64,000 nucleotides of DNA from NCBI GenBank assembly GCA_965248755.1, contig OZ252149.1, forward strand, positions 992,001-1,056,000, read 5' to 3'. Numbering within the stretch: position 1 is the stretch's first letter; each line of letters starts with the position of its first letter. Made by a program: the position numbers and the translations under genes. Under the pieces are notes generated by a model that saw only the letters and a list, made by a program, of their open reading frames with translations, had not been told where the DNA came from and ran no database searches. Positions 43,244 to 52,898 of the stretch are shown piece by piece. This DNA is from Candidatus Latescibacterota bacterium. Its GTDB lineage: Bacteria; Latescibacterota; CBDEFO01.

Positions 43244-44101
43244 ATGTTAATTATGAAATTCAGAAAGCTCGTTTTCTTATCGTTGTTCTCCGTAAGCATG
43301 GGATTCATATGGGGCTGTGGAGACGATGAAGAAAGCCCCTTGACACCTGGCAGCGGTACTCCAATAGAGGGCGCATATTCTATAAAGACCGTCAGGTTCT
43401 CCACAAGCGATGATCTTACAATATCTGGAGGCTGGACCCTTCCCAAGATGGAGAAAGACAAATTCCCGGCGGTGATCCTCCTTCACTCACTCCGCTCCGA
43501 CCGCGACAATTGGATCTTAAGTTCTCTTTGGACTGAGCTTCTCGAGGGCGGATACGCTGTGCTTCGGATAGATCTTCGAGGACACGGAGAAAGCCAAAAT
43601 CCTGGCGGTCGTTCGTGCGATTTGTCATCTTGTACCCTGACTATACAGGATCTGGAAAACACTCCTCTGGATGTTAAGGGAGCCTTAGACTGGCTCTTTA
43701 GCAAACCTGAGGTAGATACGGACAAAATCGCCCTTATCGGCGAGGATATAGGAGCCAATGTCGCTTATGTAAGTTCAGGGGCTTTCAGCGGGATCAAGAC
43801 CGCTGTTTTAATTTCACCTGTAGCTTTGCAGAGCGCAAGTACAGGAGAGACCATCCTGATCGCGCCCCGGTTTGTGGGAGCCGACGCTGGGAGCTTCAGT
43901 CCTCGTTCTATTCTCTTTGTAGCGTCTCAAGCTGATTCAAATTCTGTATTCATGGTCGACAACATGCTGCCGCTTACATCAGAACCGAGGGGATCCATAG
44001 GGATTAGCGATACCAATGCCCACGGCATCGCAACGTTGGCAATCCAAGGGGTTAGGAACGCGATTATAGAGTGGCTGAGGGACAGATTAGGAGAGGAGTA
44101 A
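43244..44101 (+). CDS. Alpha/beta-hydrolase fold lipoprotein
   Basis: Lipobox IWGC; VILLH, DLRGHGES, IALIGEDIGAN and AHG motifs. Confidence 0.85.
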   Translation: MLIMKFRKLVFLSLFSVSMGFIWGCGDDEESPLTPGSGTPIEGAYSIKTVRFSTSDDLTISGGWTLPKMEKDKFPAVILLHSLRSDRDNWILSSLWTELLEGGYAVLRIDLRGHGESQNPGGRSCDLSSCTLTIQDLENTPLDVKGALDWLFSKPEVDTDKIALIGEDIGANVAYVSSGAFSGIKTAVLISPVALQSASTGETILIAPRFVGADAGSFSPRSILFVASQADSNSVFMVDNMLPLTSEPRGSIGISDTNAHGIATLAIQGVRNAIIEWLRDRLGEE

Positions 44102-44134
44102 TTATCTAGAGATCAAAAACTAAATTGCGCGATT

Positions 44135-45394
44135 ATGGGGGGAGTGATCGTAGCTTCTCGAAAGGAGCGGATAAAGGTGCTAAGATTACTCTTGACCGCA
44201 TTAGGTGTACCTGTTATTTTTCTCTCCATCTCCTGCGGCGGTAGTGGCACAGACAGAGACACTAATATCCTATCGCCAGGATCTGAGTCTGATAATACCA
44301 ATCAAACTCCCTCTGATTCAGAAGCTCCCCAGCCTGGTGGAGATATTGCAGATCAGATCCCTGTTGAAGACGGTGGAACTGGCGAATCTGCAGTCTCTTC
44401 ATTTTCTCCCTTCAGGATCAAAGATAAAGAGACCGGAACCGTCTGGAACATCAAAGGTGAAGCTGAAAGCGGCCCCCTTAAAGGTGCCGTCTCGAACAGA
44501 TAGCAGCCTACAGTGCATATTGGTTCGCCTGGGCATCTTTCTGGCAACGCACTCAGATATGGAGTCCTGATGGAACATCCTCAGAAAATCTGGTCTTCAG
44601 AGAAGTTTCCCCCGGCGAAATATTTCAGGATCTCCCAAAAGATGCAATCCCTCCTTTAGATTCCCCCCTCTTTCTGAATGCAGATGAATCGTTCGGCCTC
44701 TTCGACGACGACATAATCCTGGGAGTAGCCATCAATGGCGATGCCAAAGCTTACCCCATAAGGATTATGAACTGGCACGAGATAGTAAATCATTCGGTCG
44801 GCGGACAGAAGATATCCGTGACCTACTGTCCCTTGACCGCATCAGGCGTCAACTTTGACGCATCAGAGACAGAGTTCGGAAACACAGGAGCACTCTTCAA
44901 CAACAATGTGGTTGTATATGACAGAGAAAATCGGGATTACTGGACTCAGATGGGGTTTACCAATCTGACTGGAAGCATGGGCGAAAAGGAGCTTACGATG
45001 CTCCCTATAGTCCAGACTACGTGGGGAATGTAGAGGAAACTCTATCCCGACACAGAGGTCTTGTCTTTCGATAGCAGGATATAGAAGGAACTATGACGTA
45101 GACCGCTACGTCGAAGCTGGGTACACTGTCCAGGAAGTCGTATGGTTTAGGCAATTTGTCCCTATTGACAGACGTCTGAATTTAAAAGAGATGGTCCTGG
45201 GCCTTGTGGACAAAGAGGCGGAAATCGCCAGAGCTTATCCGTACTCCAACATGGGGAATCAGGCTGCGATAAACGACAATTTCGTCGGACGCGATGTTCT
45301 GATCCTCTATAAAGGTTCCGGACTCTTGGCCATAGCCTACGAAAAATCGGTGTCTGGAATGACTCTTACCTTCGACATTATCCCAAATATATAA
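44135..45394 (+). pseudogene. DUF3179-family lipoprotein with two frameshifts and one in-frame TAG
   Basis: KDAIPPLD, AKAYP...NWHEIVN and TYCPL motifs; frameshift near 44490; TTWGM-TAG(45031)-RKLYPDT where Trp is expected; frameshift near 45080. Confidence 0.8.
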
Positions 45395-45590
45395 GCAGAT
45401 TTCAAACAGTAGAAAGCATACAGGGCATCCCCACTCCTTCGCAATTCCTGTCTACGAAATTGCTTTTTTCGCTCACAGTGGAAGCTTCTGAAACGTTTAG
45501 TCATTGAAAGGGGAGTCTATGTCTACTGGGGCGAAACCGTGGGTTTTCCCCTACATTCATCTCTACGGGCGACGCGTGTGTTTGTCCCTG

Positions 45591-46364
45591 CTACTGACTA
45601 CTGTCTACTGCTCTTAGCTGGTCCATCACCCGGCGCACTATCTCTCGTATAGTATCCTGATCCACCTCCTGATCGCGACTTTCACAGGAATCTTGAGGGC
45701 CCTCTTCCGCTGTCTCACACAGAAGGTCTCCGGGTCTGTAGCTCGTATCCATAAGCCTCTGAACCTTTTCCGAAGAAAGGACGTTTACGTTTCCCATCTG
45801 ACGGGCGATGTAGATGATCTGAGCCGAATGCTCCACAGTCTCCATCTTGTAGTAGGCGTCCATCAGGTCCTTACCCACTGTCAGAGCACCATGGTTCTCC
45901 AGCAAAAGAGCGTCATAATCGCGCACGTATTTTCGTACGGACTCAGGGACCTCCTCCGTAGAGGGAGTGCCGTACCTGGTCAATGGGATCGAGCCCAACT
46001 GCAGAATAACCTCAGGCAGAACGCATTCTCTGATCGAGATACCTGCTACTGCAAAGCCTGTTGCATAGGGGGGATGAGCGTGAACCACACCAGCCACATC
46101 TGCTCTCTCCTTGTATACCATAAGGTGCATCTTGATCTCCGACGACGGCTTCAATCCGCCCGATACTACCCTCCCATCCAGATCGCAGAGGACCAACTGA
46201 TCCTCACTTAAGAATCCCTTGCTAAAGCCGCTCGGAGTCGAAAGGATCCGATCGTTAGTGACCTTTGCGCTCACGTTGCCTTCGCTTGCCACCACATATC
46301 CCCGCTCATACATCCTCTTGCAGACCTCTAAAACCTCTCTTTTTATCCTGTAAGCCGAATTCAT
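45591..46364 (-). CDS. Class II aldolase (FucA/RhaD-like) with a C-terminal encapsulation-peptide-like helix
   Basis: EGNVS, PSSEIKMH, VVHAHP and LLENHG motifs; C-terminal DQDTIREIVRRVMDQL. Confidence 0.92.
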   Translation of the reverse strand: MNSAYRIKREVLEVCKRMYERGYVVASEGNVSAKVTNDRILSTPSGFSKGFLSEDQLVLCDLDGRVVSGGLKPSSEIKMHLMVYKERADVAGVVHAHPPYATGFAVAGISIRECVLPEVILQLGSIPLTRYGTPSTEEVPESVRKYVRDYDALLLENHGALTVGKDLMDAYYKMETVEHSAQIIYIARQMGNVNVLSSEKVQRLMDTSYRPGDLLCETAEEGPQDSCESRDQEVDQDTIREIVRRVMDQLRAVDSSQ

Positions 46365-46367
46365 CTT

Positions 46368-46640
46368 TCAAGCTTCTCCATCTACCGAATCTATCACTCC
46401 AACTATCACCGACCTCAGGGGCGCGACTTCCAGATCCAATATTTGCCTTGCTCCGATCCCCTCACTCATGACAAGCACCGTCTCGCCTGCGCCTGCGCCT
46501 ACACTATCGACCGCCAGAAACGTCTCCTCTTGAGGTTTAAGATCCGTGTCCAGAGCCTGAACGATCATCAACTTCCTTCCCGAATAAGCTCCGTTCTTTA
46601 TCGTAGATACGACACTGCCAATCACCTTAGCGATCTTCAC
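46368..46640 (-). CDS. BMC vertex protein (BMC-P, EutN/CcmL family)
   Basis: MKIAKVIGSVVSTIK, AVDSVGAGAGE and IVGVID motifs. Confidence 0.95.
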   Translation of the reverse strand: MKIAKVIGSVVSTIKNGAYSGRKLMIVQALDTDLKPQEETFLAVDSVGAGAGETVLVMSEGIGARQILDLEVAPLRSVIVGVIDSVDGEA

Positions 46641-47553
46641 TATAGTGTGTCCTCTCAGGTTTGAGGGTCAAGATCAGGACACCCCCCACAATTCCCGGCG
46701 CTGCGACATCTATAAGGAACAGCATAAAGGCAGCGTTAAAAGCGTAGACGCCCTCCACGTTAAAGTTGGAAAGCAGCAGCACAGACACGGCCTCCCTGAC
46801 TCCCAGATCTACAAAAGTTATGGGGAAAAGGCTCTTTATCACAAATATGGAGGGTATCACAGACGCAGCGGCTTTCAGCGATATATCTGTAAAGGAGAGA
46901 ACCAAGAGATAAAATTGCGCAAAAAACGTGAGGTTGAAAAGAACGGACAAGATCAGGATATATAAGATTCTCCTGTTGTTCAGCACGTTAAAGCTCTCCA
47001 GAAGTGGATATATCTTCTCCTTGAAGGGCAAATTTGGGAATTTTTCCTTTAGCTTGTCCCCCAGGCGATCAACGTTGAAGCATCCCCACGTCATGACGCT
47101 GATAACCGCAAGTCCCGGCAGGACGATAAGATAGGGATAGAGCAGGAAAAGGCCCAATATCGCCGCTATAAGAGTCACGGCAAAGGACGAGAGCTTATCA
47201 ATAAGGGCAAGTCCCGCTATTCTGGCCGGACTTTGATCCTTTATACACAAGCCCCGCATAAGCTCCCCCGACCTTGCCGGCGACACAGCCCCCAAGGACA
47301 TGCCGACAAATAGAGAAGAAACTATCTCCGCAACTGTCACATTGGGCTTGAGGGTCTTGGCTAAATATCCCCACTTTAAGAGCTGAATCAACAGATTAGG
47401 GATCAAAAGAAGAGCCGCCCAACCTAATAGACCTGTATCCATGTTTCTCAACACGGATACGATCTCAGATGGACGGACCTTGAAGACGATGAGAGCCAGA
47501 ATTCCTATTGATGCTGCGATCTTGAGAGCTGTAAAATAGCGCCTTGGGATCAT
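46627..47553 (-). CDS. Lysylphosphatidylglycerol synthase TM / UPF0104 flippase-like membrane protein
   Basis: Multiple TM segments; PARSGELMR and PIT..DLGVRE motifs. Confidence 0.85.
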   Translation of the reverse strand: MIPRRYFTALKIAASIGILALIVFKVRPSEIVSVLRNMDTGLLGWAALLLIPNLLIQLLKWGYLAKTLKPNVTVAEIVSSLFVGMSLGAVSPARSGELMRGLCIKDQSPARIAGLALIDKLSSFAVTLIAAILGLFLLYPYLIVLPGLAVISVMTWGCFNVDRLGDKLKEKFPNLPFKEKIYPLLESFNVLNNRRILYILILSVLFNLTFFAQFYLLVLSFTDISLKAAASVIPSIFVIKSLFPITFVDLGVREAVSVLLLSNFNVEGVYAFNAAFMLFLIDVAAPGIVGGVLILTLKPERTHYSEDR

Positions 47554-47556
47554 ATC

Positions 47557-48027
47557 CTACTCTTTCTTCTCCTCTTTTTCTTCCTTCTCAGGCTCTTTGA
47601 CGCCCTTTACCTTCTGCTCCAACTTCTCGATCTCCTTCTGTATATCGGATCTAAGCCTCTGCTCCCTTTCCTTCAGCAGCTTCTCCCTAAAAACATCCGC
47701 CTCAGACTTTGCAGCCGGCGTTATAATAGCCGACTTTACCCCCAATTTGATCTTTAGCAGATCCTGGGAACTTTCCAACTTCAGCACATCTGACTCAGCC
47801 CTGGCCGCAGTCAATCTCTCCTTCAGTTCCTTATTTTCCGACTGCAGACGCTCTATTTCTCCTTCCAGCTCAGCTATCTTCTCCTTGAGAGTCCTCTTCT
47901 TTATCTGTGTCCTTTCCACTTCCGCTGTCAGGTCATCTACCCTCTTGTTCAGAGCCGCAGAACTCCCGCATCCGGCCAGCATAGAGAAAATCAGAGCAAT
48001 TGACATCAAGTTCAGTGCTTTTATCAT
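47557..48027 (-). CDS. Coiled-coil lipoprotein
   Basis: Lipobox LAGC; heptad-rich; start overlaps the BMC-P stop (ATGA). Confidence 0.75.
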   Translation of the reverse strand: MIKALNLMSIALIFSMLAGCGSSAALNKRVDDLTAEVERTQIKKRTLKEKIAELEGEIERLQSENKELKERLTAARAESDVLKLESSQDLLKIKLGVKSAIITPAAKSEADVFREKLLKEREQRLRSDIQKEIEKLEQKVKGVKEPEKEEKEEKKE

Positions 48028-48311
48028 ACGGATTCATCACCTTCCTGCATTACATCTATTCTGTCCACGATCCCTACCACAGCCGCGTCCACAGGCCCGT
48101 AGACGTTCGGGAGAGCGTGCGTAGCGTCCCGGCTCGTCACGTAAAAGACCGTCTCCTTATAGTCCGCACCCACCATATCCACAGCCACCAATGGCTCCTC
48201 GACCTCCTCGCGCCGATGATTCAACGGCTGGACGATCCTCAGCTTGATGCCCTCTAAATTAGGGTCTTTCCGCGTGGCTACGACCGAGCCTATTACTTTT
48301 CCTAAGCGCAT
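48024..48311 (-). CDS. BMC vertex protein (BMC-P)
   Basis: MRLGKVIGSVVATRKD, AVDMVGA and PVDAAVVGIVD motifs. Confidence 0.95.
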   Translation of the reverse strand: MRLGKVIGSVVATRKDPNLEGIKLRIVQPLNHRREEVEEPLVAVDMVGADYKETVFYVTSRDATHALPNVYGPVDAAVVGIVDRIDVMQEGDESV

Positions 48312-48403
48312 TGAATTGAATTATCCTCCAGACTATCGAAGGCAATTTTAGTCAAACGTAGTGAGCCGTAAAGCCCGTGTTATATGAAGTCGCCTCGTTC
48401 CTG

Positions 48404-48718
48404 TTATTTTAGTTTTACCGCGGTCCCATAAACCAGCAATTCTGACATATTCGAAGCAATCATGCTGGTAACAAAGCGCACATTCACGATAGCATCTGCA
48501 CCCAGCTTATCTCCTTCTTCAACCATACGCTTGAACGCCTCTTCGCGAGCCTCAATAAGGAGATGTGTGTATTGGCCAATCTCGCCGCCAATGATGCTCT
48601 TTAAGCCAGCGAGAATATCTCTACCAATATGCTTTGCCCGTACCGTATTGCCACGAACAACGTCCAATATTTCTGCAATGTCTCTGCCGGGAACTGTTTC
48701 TGTGTTCGTTACAATCAT
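48404..48718 (-). CDS. YbjQ/UPF0145 family protein
   Basis: RAKHIGRDILAGLKSIIGGEI, AREEA and LVYGTAV motifs. Confidence 0.93.
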   Translation of the reverse strand: MIVTNTETVPGRDIAEILDVVRGNTVRAKHIGRDILAGLKSIIGGEIGQYTHLLIEAREEAFKRMVEEGDKLGADAIVNVRFVTSMIASNMSELLVYGTAVKLK

Positions 48719-48886
48719 TTTCCCGTCTCCTTGTGGGCCGCACCGACCATGTCCACGGCAACCAGAGGCTCTTCGATCTTGTCACCCCTATGATTTAGAG
48801 GCTGAGACTATCTTCAGCTTGATGCCCTCTAAATTAGGGTCTTTCCGCGTGGCTACGACAGAGCCTATTACTTTTCCCAAGCGCAT
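48716..48886 (-). pseudogene. Frameshifted, truncated duplicate of BMC-P 48024..48311
   Basis: MRLGKVIGSVVATRKDPNLEGIKLKIV, a +1 base, then QPLNHRGDKIEEPLVAVDMVGAAHKETGK*. 48814..48910 matches 48239..48335 at 94/97 positions. Confidence 0.9.
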
Positions 48887-48954
48887 TGGATTGAATTATC
48901 CTCCAGACTACCCGTTTATAAATTGGAGAACGTTCAGATGGAAGGAGTTGAACA

Positions 48955-49485
48955 CTACGATGTGTTACCTGAAGATGATCCTCTTATCCTGTGCCCGTAG
49001 GCCAACCCCATCAGGAAACGACCATCTTTCAATAGGTAGACACCAACCCCAAGAAGTATGTATCCAGGCACAATGTAAGACCACAACTGCATCTGAAAAG
49101 AAGGATTGAGCATTATCCTCATAATCCCCTGTCCCACAATCTGAGGGATCGAGAAGGCAACACAGACAGCGCCGATAACTTTCAACGCAAACTGGAACAT
49201 ATCCTGACTCTTAGAGAGATCATTCAATCCTCTTATATCAATCTCTTCATCGGAGGAGACAAATTTTGCGGTCAGCGGATCCGCATATCTAAAAAGCAGA
49301 CAGGCTGCGACAAGGCTCAGAATAAAAGCTGACGCTTGAGATGCGATATTGGGCCACTGGGAGGGTTCATGAGACAGGAGTTGCGCCATACTCCAGCCAA
49401 TCATCGGTACATAAACAATGGCGTGGATCCCCAACAGTAAGGCAATAAGTCTCATACTGAGAGATAATATAGCGGACGCTTTCAT
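48955..49485 (-). CDS. Hypothetical 4-TM membrane protein
   Basis: Four hydrophobic segments with apparent internal two-fold similarity. Confidence 0.7.
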   Translation of the reverse strand: MKASAILSLSMRLIALLLGIHAIVYVPMIGWSMAQLLSHEPSQWPNIASQASAFILSLVAACLLFRYADPLTAKFVSSDEEIDIRGLNDLSKSQDMFQFALKVIGAVCVAFSIPQIVGQGIMRIMLNPSFQMQLWSYIVPGYILLGVGVYLLKDGRFLMGLAYGHRIRGSSSGNTS

Positions 49486-49555
49486 CTAATTCTTCCTGCT
49501 TAAATAGATTCAGAATTAAATAGATTCAGATAACTTGCTAATACCCATTCAGACT

Positions 49556-50134
49556 TCAGTCACTCCAGCTCCCCATAGATAGAAACTCCTGTAATTGCTT
49601 CTGTAGTTCGTCCAAAGAGACTTGTATCTGTTCGATCTCCTTCTGGGGAGCGCCCTTGAGCTTCAGATTCTCCAGTTTTAACTCAAGAATTTCGTTCTGG
49701 CTAATATAACCATATCCTCTTATCGTTGTCATAAGATTTGGGAAACCTATATGTTGTACTTCCCAGCCTAAATCCCTTTTGAATCGCTTCAGATCTTTGC
49801 CCTTAACTTTAAAGATGATAACCTGATCATCGGAAATCTTGTTAAAGTGAAGCTTATTGGGATGATTAAGATTGCTGTTTTCTCCAAGCAGATTGGTAAA
49901 ACCAGCGAAGTTCTTCAGGGTAGTACCTACCCTTTCAACTTTCTCTCTAAAGTTTGTGAAACTGAATCTCTTATCATCTGCCTTTAACTTCGACCATTCA
50001 TCCTCTCCGGATACAGAATTTTCTGGCATGAGCAGTATCACGACCAGAGACAGTAAACAGCTAAAACAGCGTACGAACCACATAGCAACCTCATTAGGCG
50101 ATGCCCATGACGCATTATGATCGTACTTTCTCAA
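49556..50134 (-). CDS. Hypothetical exported protein (likely start ATG 50083)
   Basis: Signal-peptide-like MWFVRCFSCLLSLVVILL; AT-richer than the BMC genes. Confidence 0.6.
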   Translation of the reverse strand: MRKYDHNASWASPNEVAMWFVRCFSCLLSLVVILLMPENSVSGEDEWSKLKADDKRFSFTNFREKVERVGTTLKNFAGFTNLLGENSNLNHPNKLHFNKISDDQVIIFKVKGKDLKRFKRDLGWEVQHIGFPNLMTTIRGYGYISQNEILELKLENLKLKGAPQKEIEQIQVSLDELQKQLQEFLSMGSWSD

Positions 50135-51608
50135 ATAATCCTAAAATAATCCACAAGCGTGCACCGCCTCTGCCTTGTGAACGTGCGGGGCGAAGTTAAG
50201 CCTTCACCCGTCGGACCTGCTATCGAAAACGAAAGGTGCCCTTCGCCGCCCACTCCAAGACCCGCTATCGAAGGCCCGTTCTTCACAAAGATGGCGGTGT
50301 TGCACTTCCTCGCCATCTCGGTCATATTCTCCACGCTCTTGGAGTGCATCACAGCCGTATGCCCGTAGCCGTGCTCGGCCTGTACCGCAAGGTCTATAGC
50401 TTTATGGACATCGGAGACCCTCACTATAGGCAGAAACGGCATCATCTGCTCCTCCTGTACAAACACATGCTCGGGGGAACTCTCACCGATCAAAAGCCTC
50501 GTCTCCTTTGGAACAGAAACGCCGATCTTCTCGGCCAAGACAGAGGCGTCCCTCCCCACCAACTGCTTGTTTACCATCAGGTGACCAGCCTTCTCATCCT
50601 TCACAAAGGCAATCTTGGCGAGCTGTTCTATCTGAATCGCCGTAAGCTCGTGACAGTTGTTATTTTTCACATGTTCTTTAAACTCATCCGCCACAGATTC
50701 CACTACGAAGACCTCTTTTTCGGCTGTGCATATAATATTATTCTCAAAGCTCGCCCCCTCCACAGTATCCTTTGCCGCCCTTTCGAGATCGGCGGTCTCG
50801 TCCACGACTACAGGGGGATTGCCCGGACCTGCTGTAATAGCCTTCTTGTTGGACTCCATCGCCGCTTTCACAACGCCCGGACCTCCGGTCACTAAAAGCA
50901 ATCTTATCTTCGGATGCCTAAACAGCACCTTCGCCGTCTCTATGGTCGGATCGGTCACAGTTGTCAGGAGATTCGGCGGTCCTCCAGCCTCGACTATACC
51001 CTTATTTATCCTGGCTATACCGCACGCCGAGACCCTCTTTGCCCCCGGATGAGGATTGAACACCACCGAATTTCCAGCGGCGATTATAGAGATAGCGTTG
51101 TTGATCGTCGTCGGAACAGGATGCGTGGATGGTGTGGCAACGCCTATCACTCCGTAAGGTGCCATCTCCACAATCGTAAGGCCCCGGTCACCGGACCAGG
51201 AATCGGTCTTTAAATCCTCCACTCCCGGTGTCAGCTGAGACACCATAAGGTGCTTTTTCACCTTATCCTCAAACCTCCCCATGCCGTCTCCTCAAGGGCC
51301 ATCCTCGACAGGTCCTCGGCGTTTTCTGTCCCCACCTTCCTTATCGCCTCAACGATATCTTTCCTCTTTTCCAGCGAAAGATCAGATAGCTCCTTTTGAG
51401 CTATCTCTGCAGCGTCAATAGCGTCCTCTATATTTTCAAAGAGACCGTCCCCTGTCTCCATGCCGGACGCTATCTCAGATCTGCGTCCATCGCCCGAGTC
51501 GAACGCCGATTCCGACCGGGAAAACTCCCTTACCACCTCCTCCACAATCGTCCTTATCTTTGCCTCATCTATCTTGATATTGCTTGCTATCTTTTTTCCG
51601 TTAGCCAT
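50131..51608 (-). pseudogene. BMC-associated CoA-acylating aldehyde dehydrogenase (EutE/PduP family), split by a 1-nt frameshift near 51284 (real or sequencing error)
   Basis: N-terminal EP-like IDEAKIRTIVEEVVREF; EET-G-MGRFEDK is broken (GAG ACG GCA TGG); TGGPGVV, AGPGNPP, NIICTAEKE and GPTGEG motifs are intact. Confidence 0.85.
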
Positions 51609-51894
51609 CTTTGCGATAAACCACTCTGCCCTCTATCTCAAAGGAATCCACAATCGCCATGATAACAGCATCTACGGGCGTGTTTTCCGTTATACTCGTC
51701 TGTCGAGCCGAGCTTCCGCTCGCACACAGGACTATCTCACCGTATCCCGCTCCTACAGAGTCCACAGCTACCAGGTACGAATCCACAGGCTCCACATCCA
51801 TATCCACAGGCTGGACTATCTGAAGCTTCGTCCCTTTGAGCCTCTCATTTTTTTGTGTGGCCACAACAGTGCCCACGACCTTGCCCATTATCAT
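51601..51894 (-). CDS. BMC vertex protein (BMC-P)
   Basis: GKVVGTVVATQK, AVDSVGAG.GE, GSSAR and PVDAVIMAIVD motifs. Confidence 0.95.
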   Translation of the reverse strand: MIMGKVVGTVVATQKNERLKGTKLQIVQPVDMDVEPVDSYLVAVDSVGAGYGEIVLCASGSSARQTSITENTPVDAVIMAIVDSFEIEGRVVYRKDG

Positions 51895-52014
51895 TTAACT
51901 TCAGTAGACAGTAACCCCCGATAGATTCAATCGGGTGTAGACAGTAGACAGGGCATCTGCCGCCGCCTACTATCTAATCTGTTCTCTCTACTCCTCTATC
52001 TCCTTTCAAATCGT

Positions 52015-52299
52015 TTACTTTCCCGGCTTACTTATAGGCAGCACTTCGTCCAGGCTCGCATGCGGGCGCGGTATCACGTGCACAGACACAACCTCTCCCA
52101 CCTTCTGGCCGGCTGCAGCACCCGCATCGGTAGCGGCCTTCACAGCCGCCACGTCACCCCTCACGAGCGCCGTTACGTATCCCCCGCCTATCTTCTCCCA
52201 GTTCACAAACTGAACGTTTGCCGCCTTGACCATGGCGTCAGCGGCCTCAATCATCGCCACAAGCCCGCGAGTCTCTATCATTCCCAGAGCCTCACCCAT
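52015..52299 (-). CDS. BMC shell hexamer (BMC-H, EutM/PduA-like)
   Basis: [29 protein letters not shown] and HVIPRPH motifs. Confidence 0.97.
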   Translation of the reverse strand: MGEALGMIETRGLVAMIEAADAMVKAANVQFVNWEKIGGGYVTALVRGDVAAVKAATDAGAAAGQKVGEVVSVHVIPRPHASLDEVLPISKPGK

Positions 52300-52366
52300 T
52301 ACATTTTCTCCTTTCTAACAAAGTTTATGGACAGTCCGTCCTCAGCGCAAGCTTAAGTTTTACAGA

Positions 52367-52639
52367 TCACTTAAGTATCACCTCGTCCAGATCCGAATGC
52401 GGGTTGGGGATCACGTGAGACGACACTAACTCCCCGACTTTCCCAGCGGCTTCCACACCCGCCTGCACCGCCGCCTGCACCGCGCCCACGTCGCCCCTTA
52501 CGAAGGTCGTAACGTAAGCCGCGCCTATCGCCTCATACCTTTGGAGGGTCACATTAGCCGCCTTGACCATAGCGTCAGACGCCTCTATCATCCCCACCAA
52601 ACCCTTCGTTTCAACCATCCCAAGCGCAGTTCCTTCCAC
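52367..52639 (-). CDS. BMC shell hexamer (BMC-H)
   Basis: GTG start after [25 protein letters not shown] and HVIPNPH motifs. Confidence 0.96.
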   Translation of the reverse strand: MEGTALGMVETKGLVGMIEASDAMVKAANVTLQRYEAIGAAYVTTFVRGDVGAVQAAVQAGVEAAGKVGELVSSHVIPNPHSDLDEVILK

Positions 52640-52692
52640 TTTCTCACCTCCTTGACTTTTATTGCCAAAGCCTGAAGCCCTGTTAAGAACTG

Positions 52693-52721
52693 AAAATACC
52701 ACTATCCGACCATAAAGTCAA
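52693..52721 (-). promoter_or_regulatory. Promoter of the BMC operon
   Basis: TTGACT-17 bp-TATTTT with TGG extended -10. Confidence 0.55.
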
Positions 52722-52801
52722 GCATAAAAAATCACACGGATCACTGCGTTGACCGCCCTGGATGTCCTATTAGACTCCAAGGAGAAGCAACAAATAAAAA
52801 G

Positions 52802-52825
52802 CGGATAGATTTTGAAATCTATCCG
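52802..52825. promoter_or_regulatory. Perfect inverted repeat, candidate operator
   Basis: CGGATAGATTT-TG-AAATCTATCCG between divergent promoters. Confidence 0.55.
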
Positions 52826-52898
52826 TTCAGACTTGATAAAATGCACACGAGTAGCTACATTTAACAATCGAATAATCAATCCACTGTCAAAGGAGAAT

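Noticed and set aside
45031..45033. Recoded stop (Sec/Pyl) in the DUF3179 gene
   Set aside because: The codon is TAG at a conserved Trp position and two frameshifts are also present, so decay or error is simpler.
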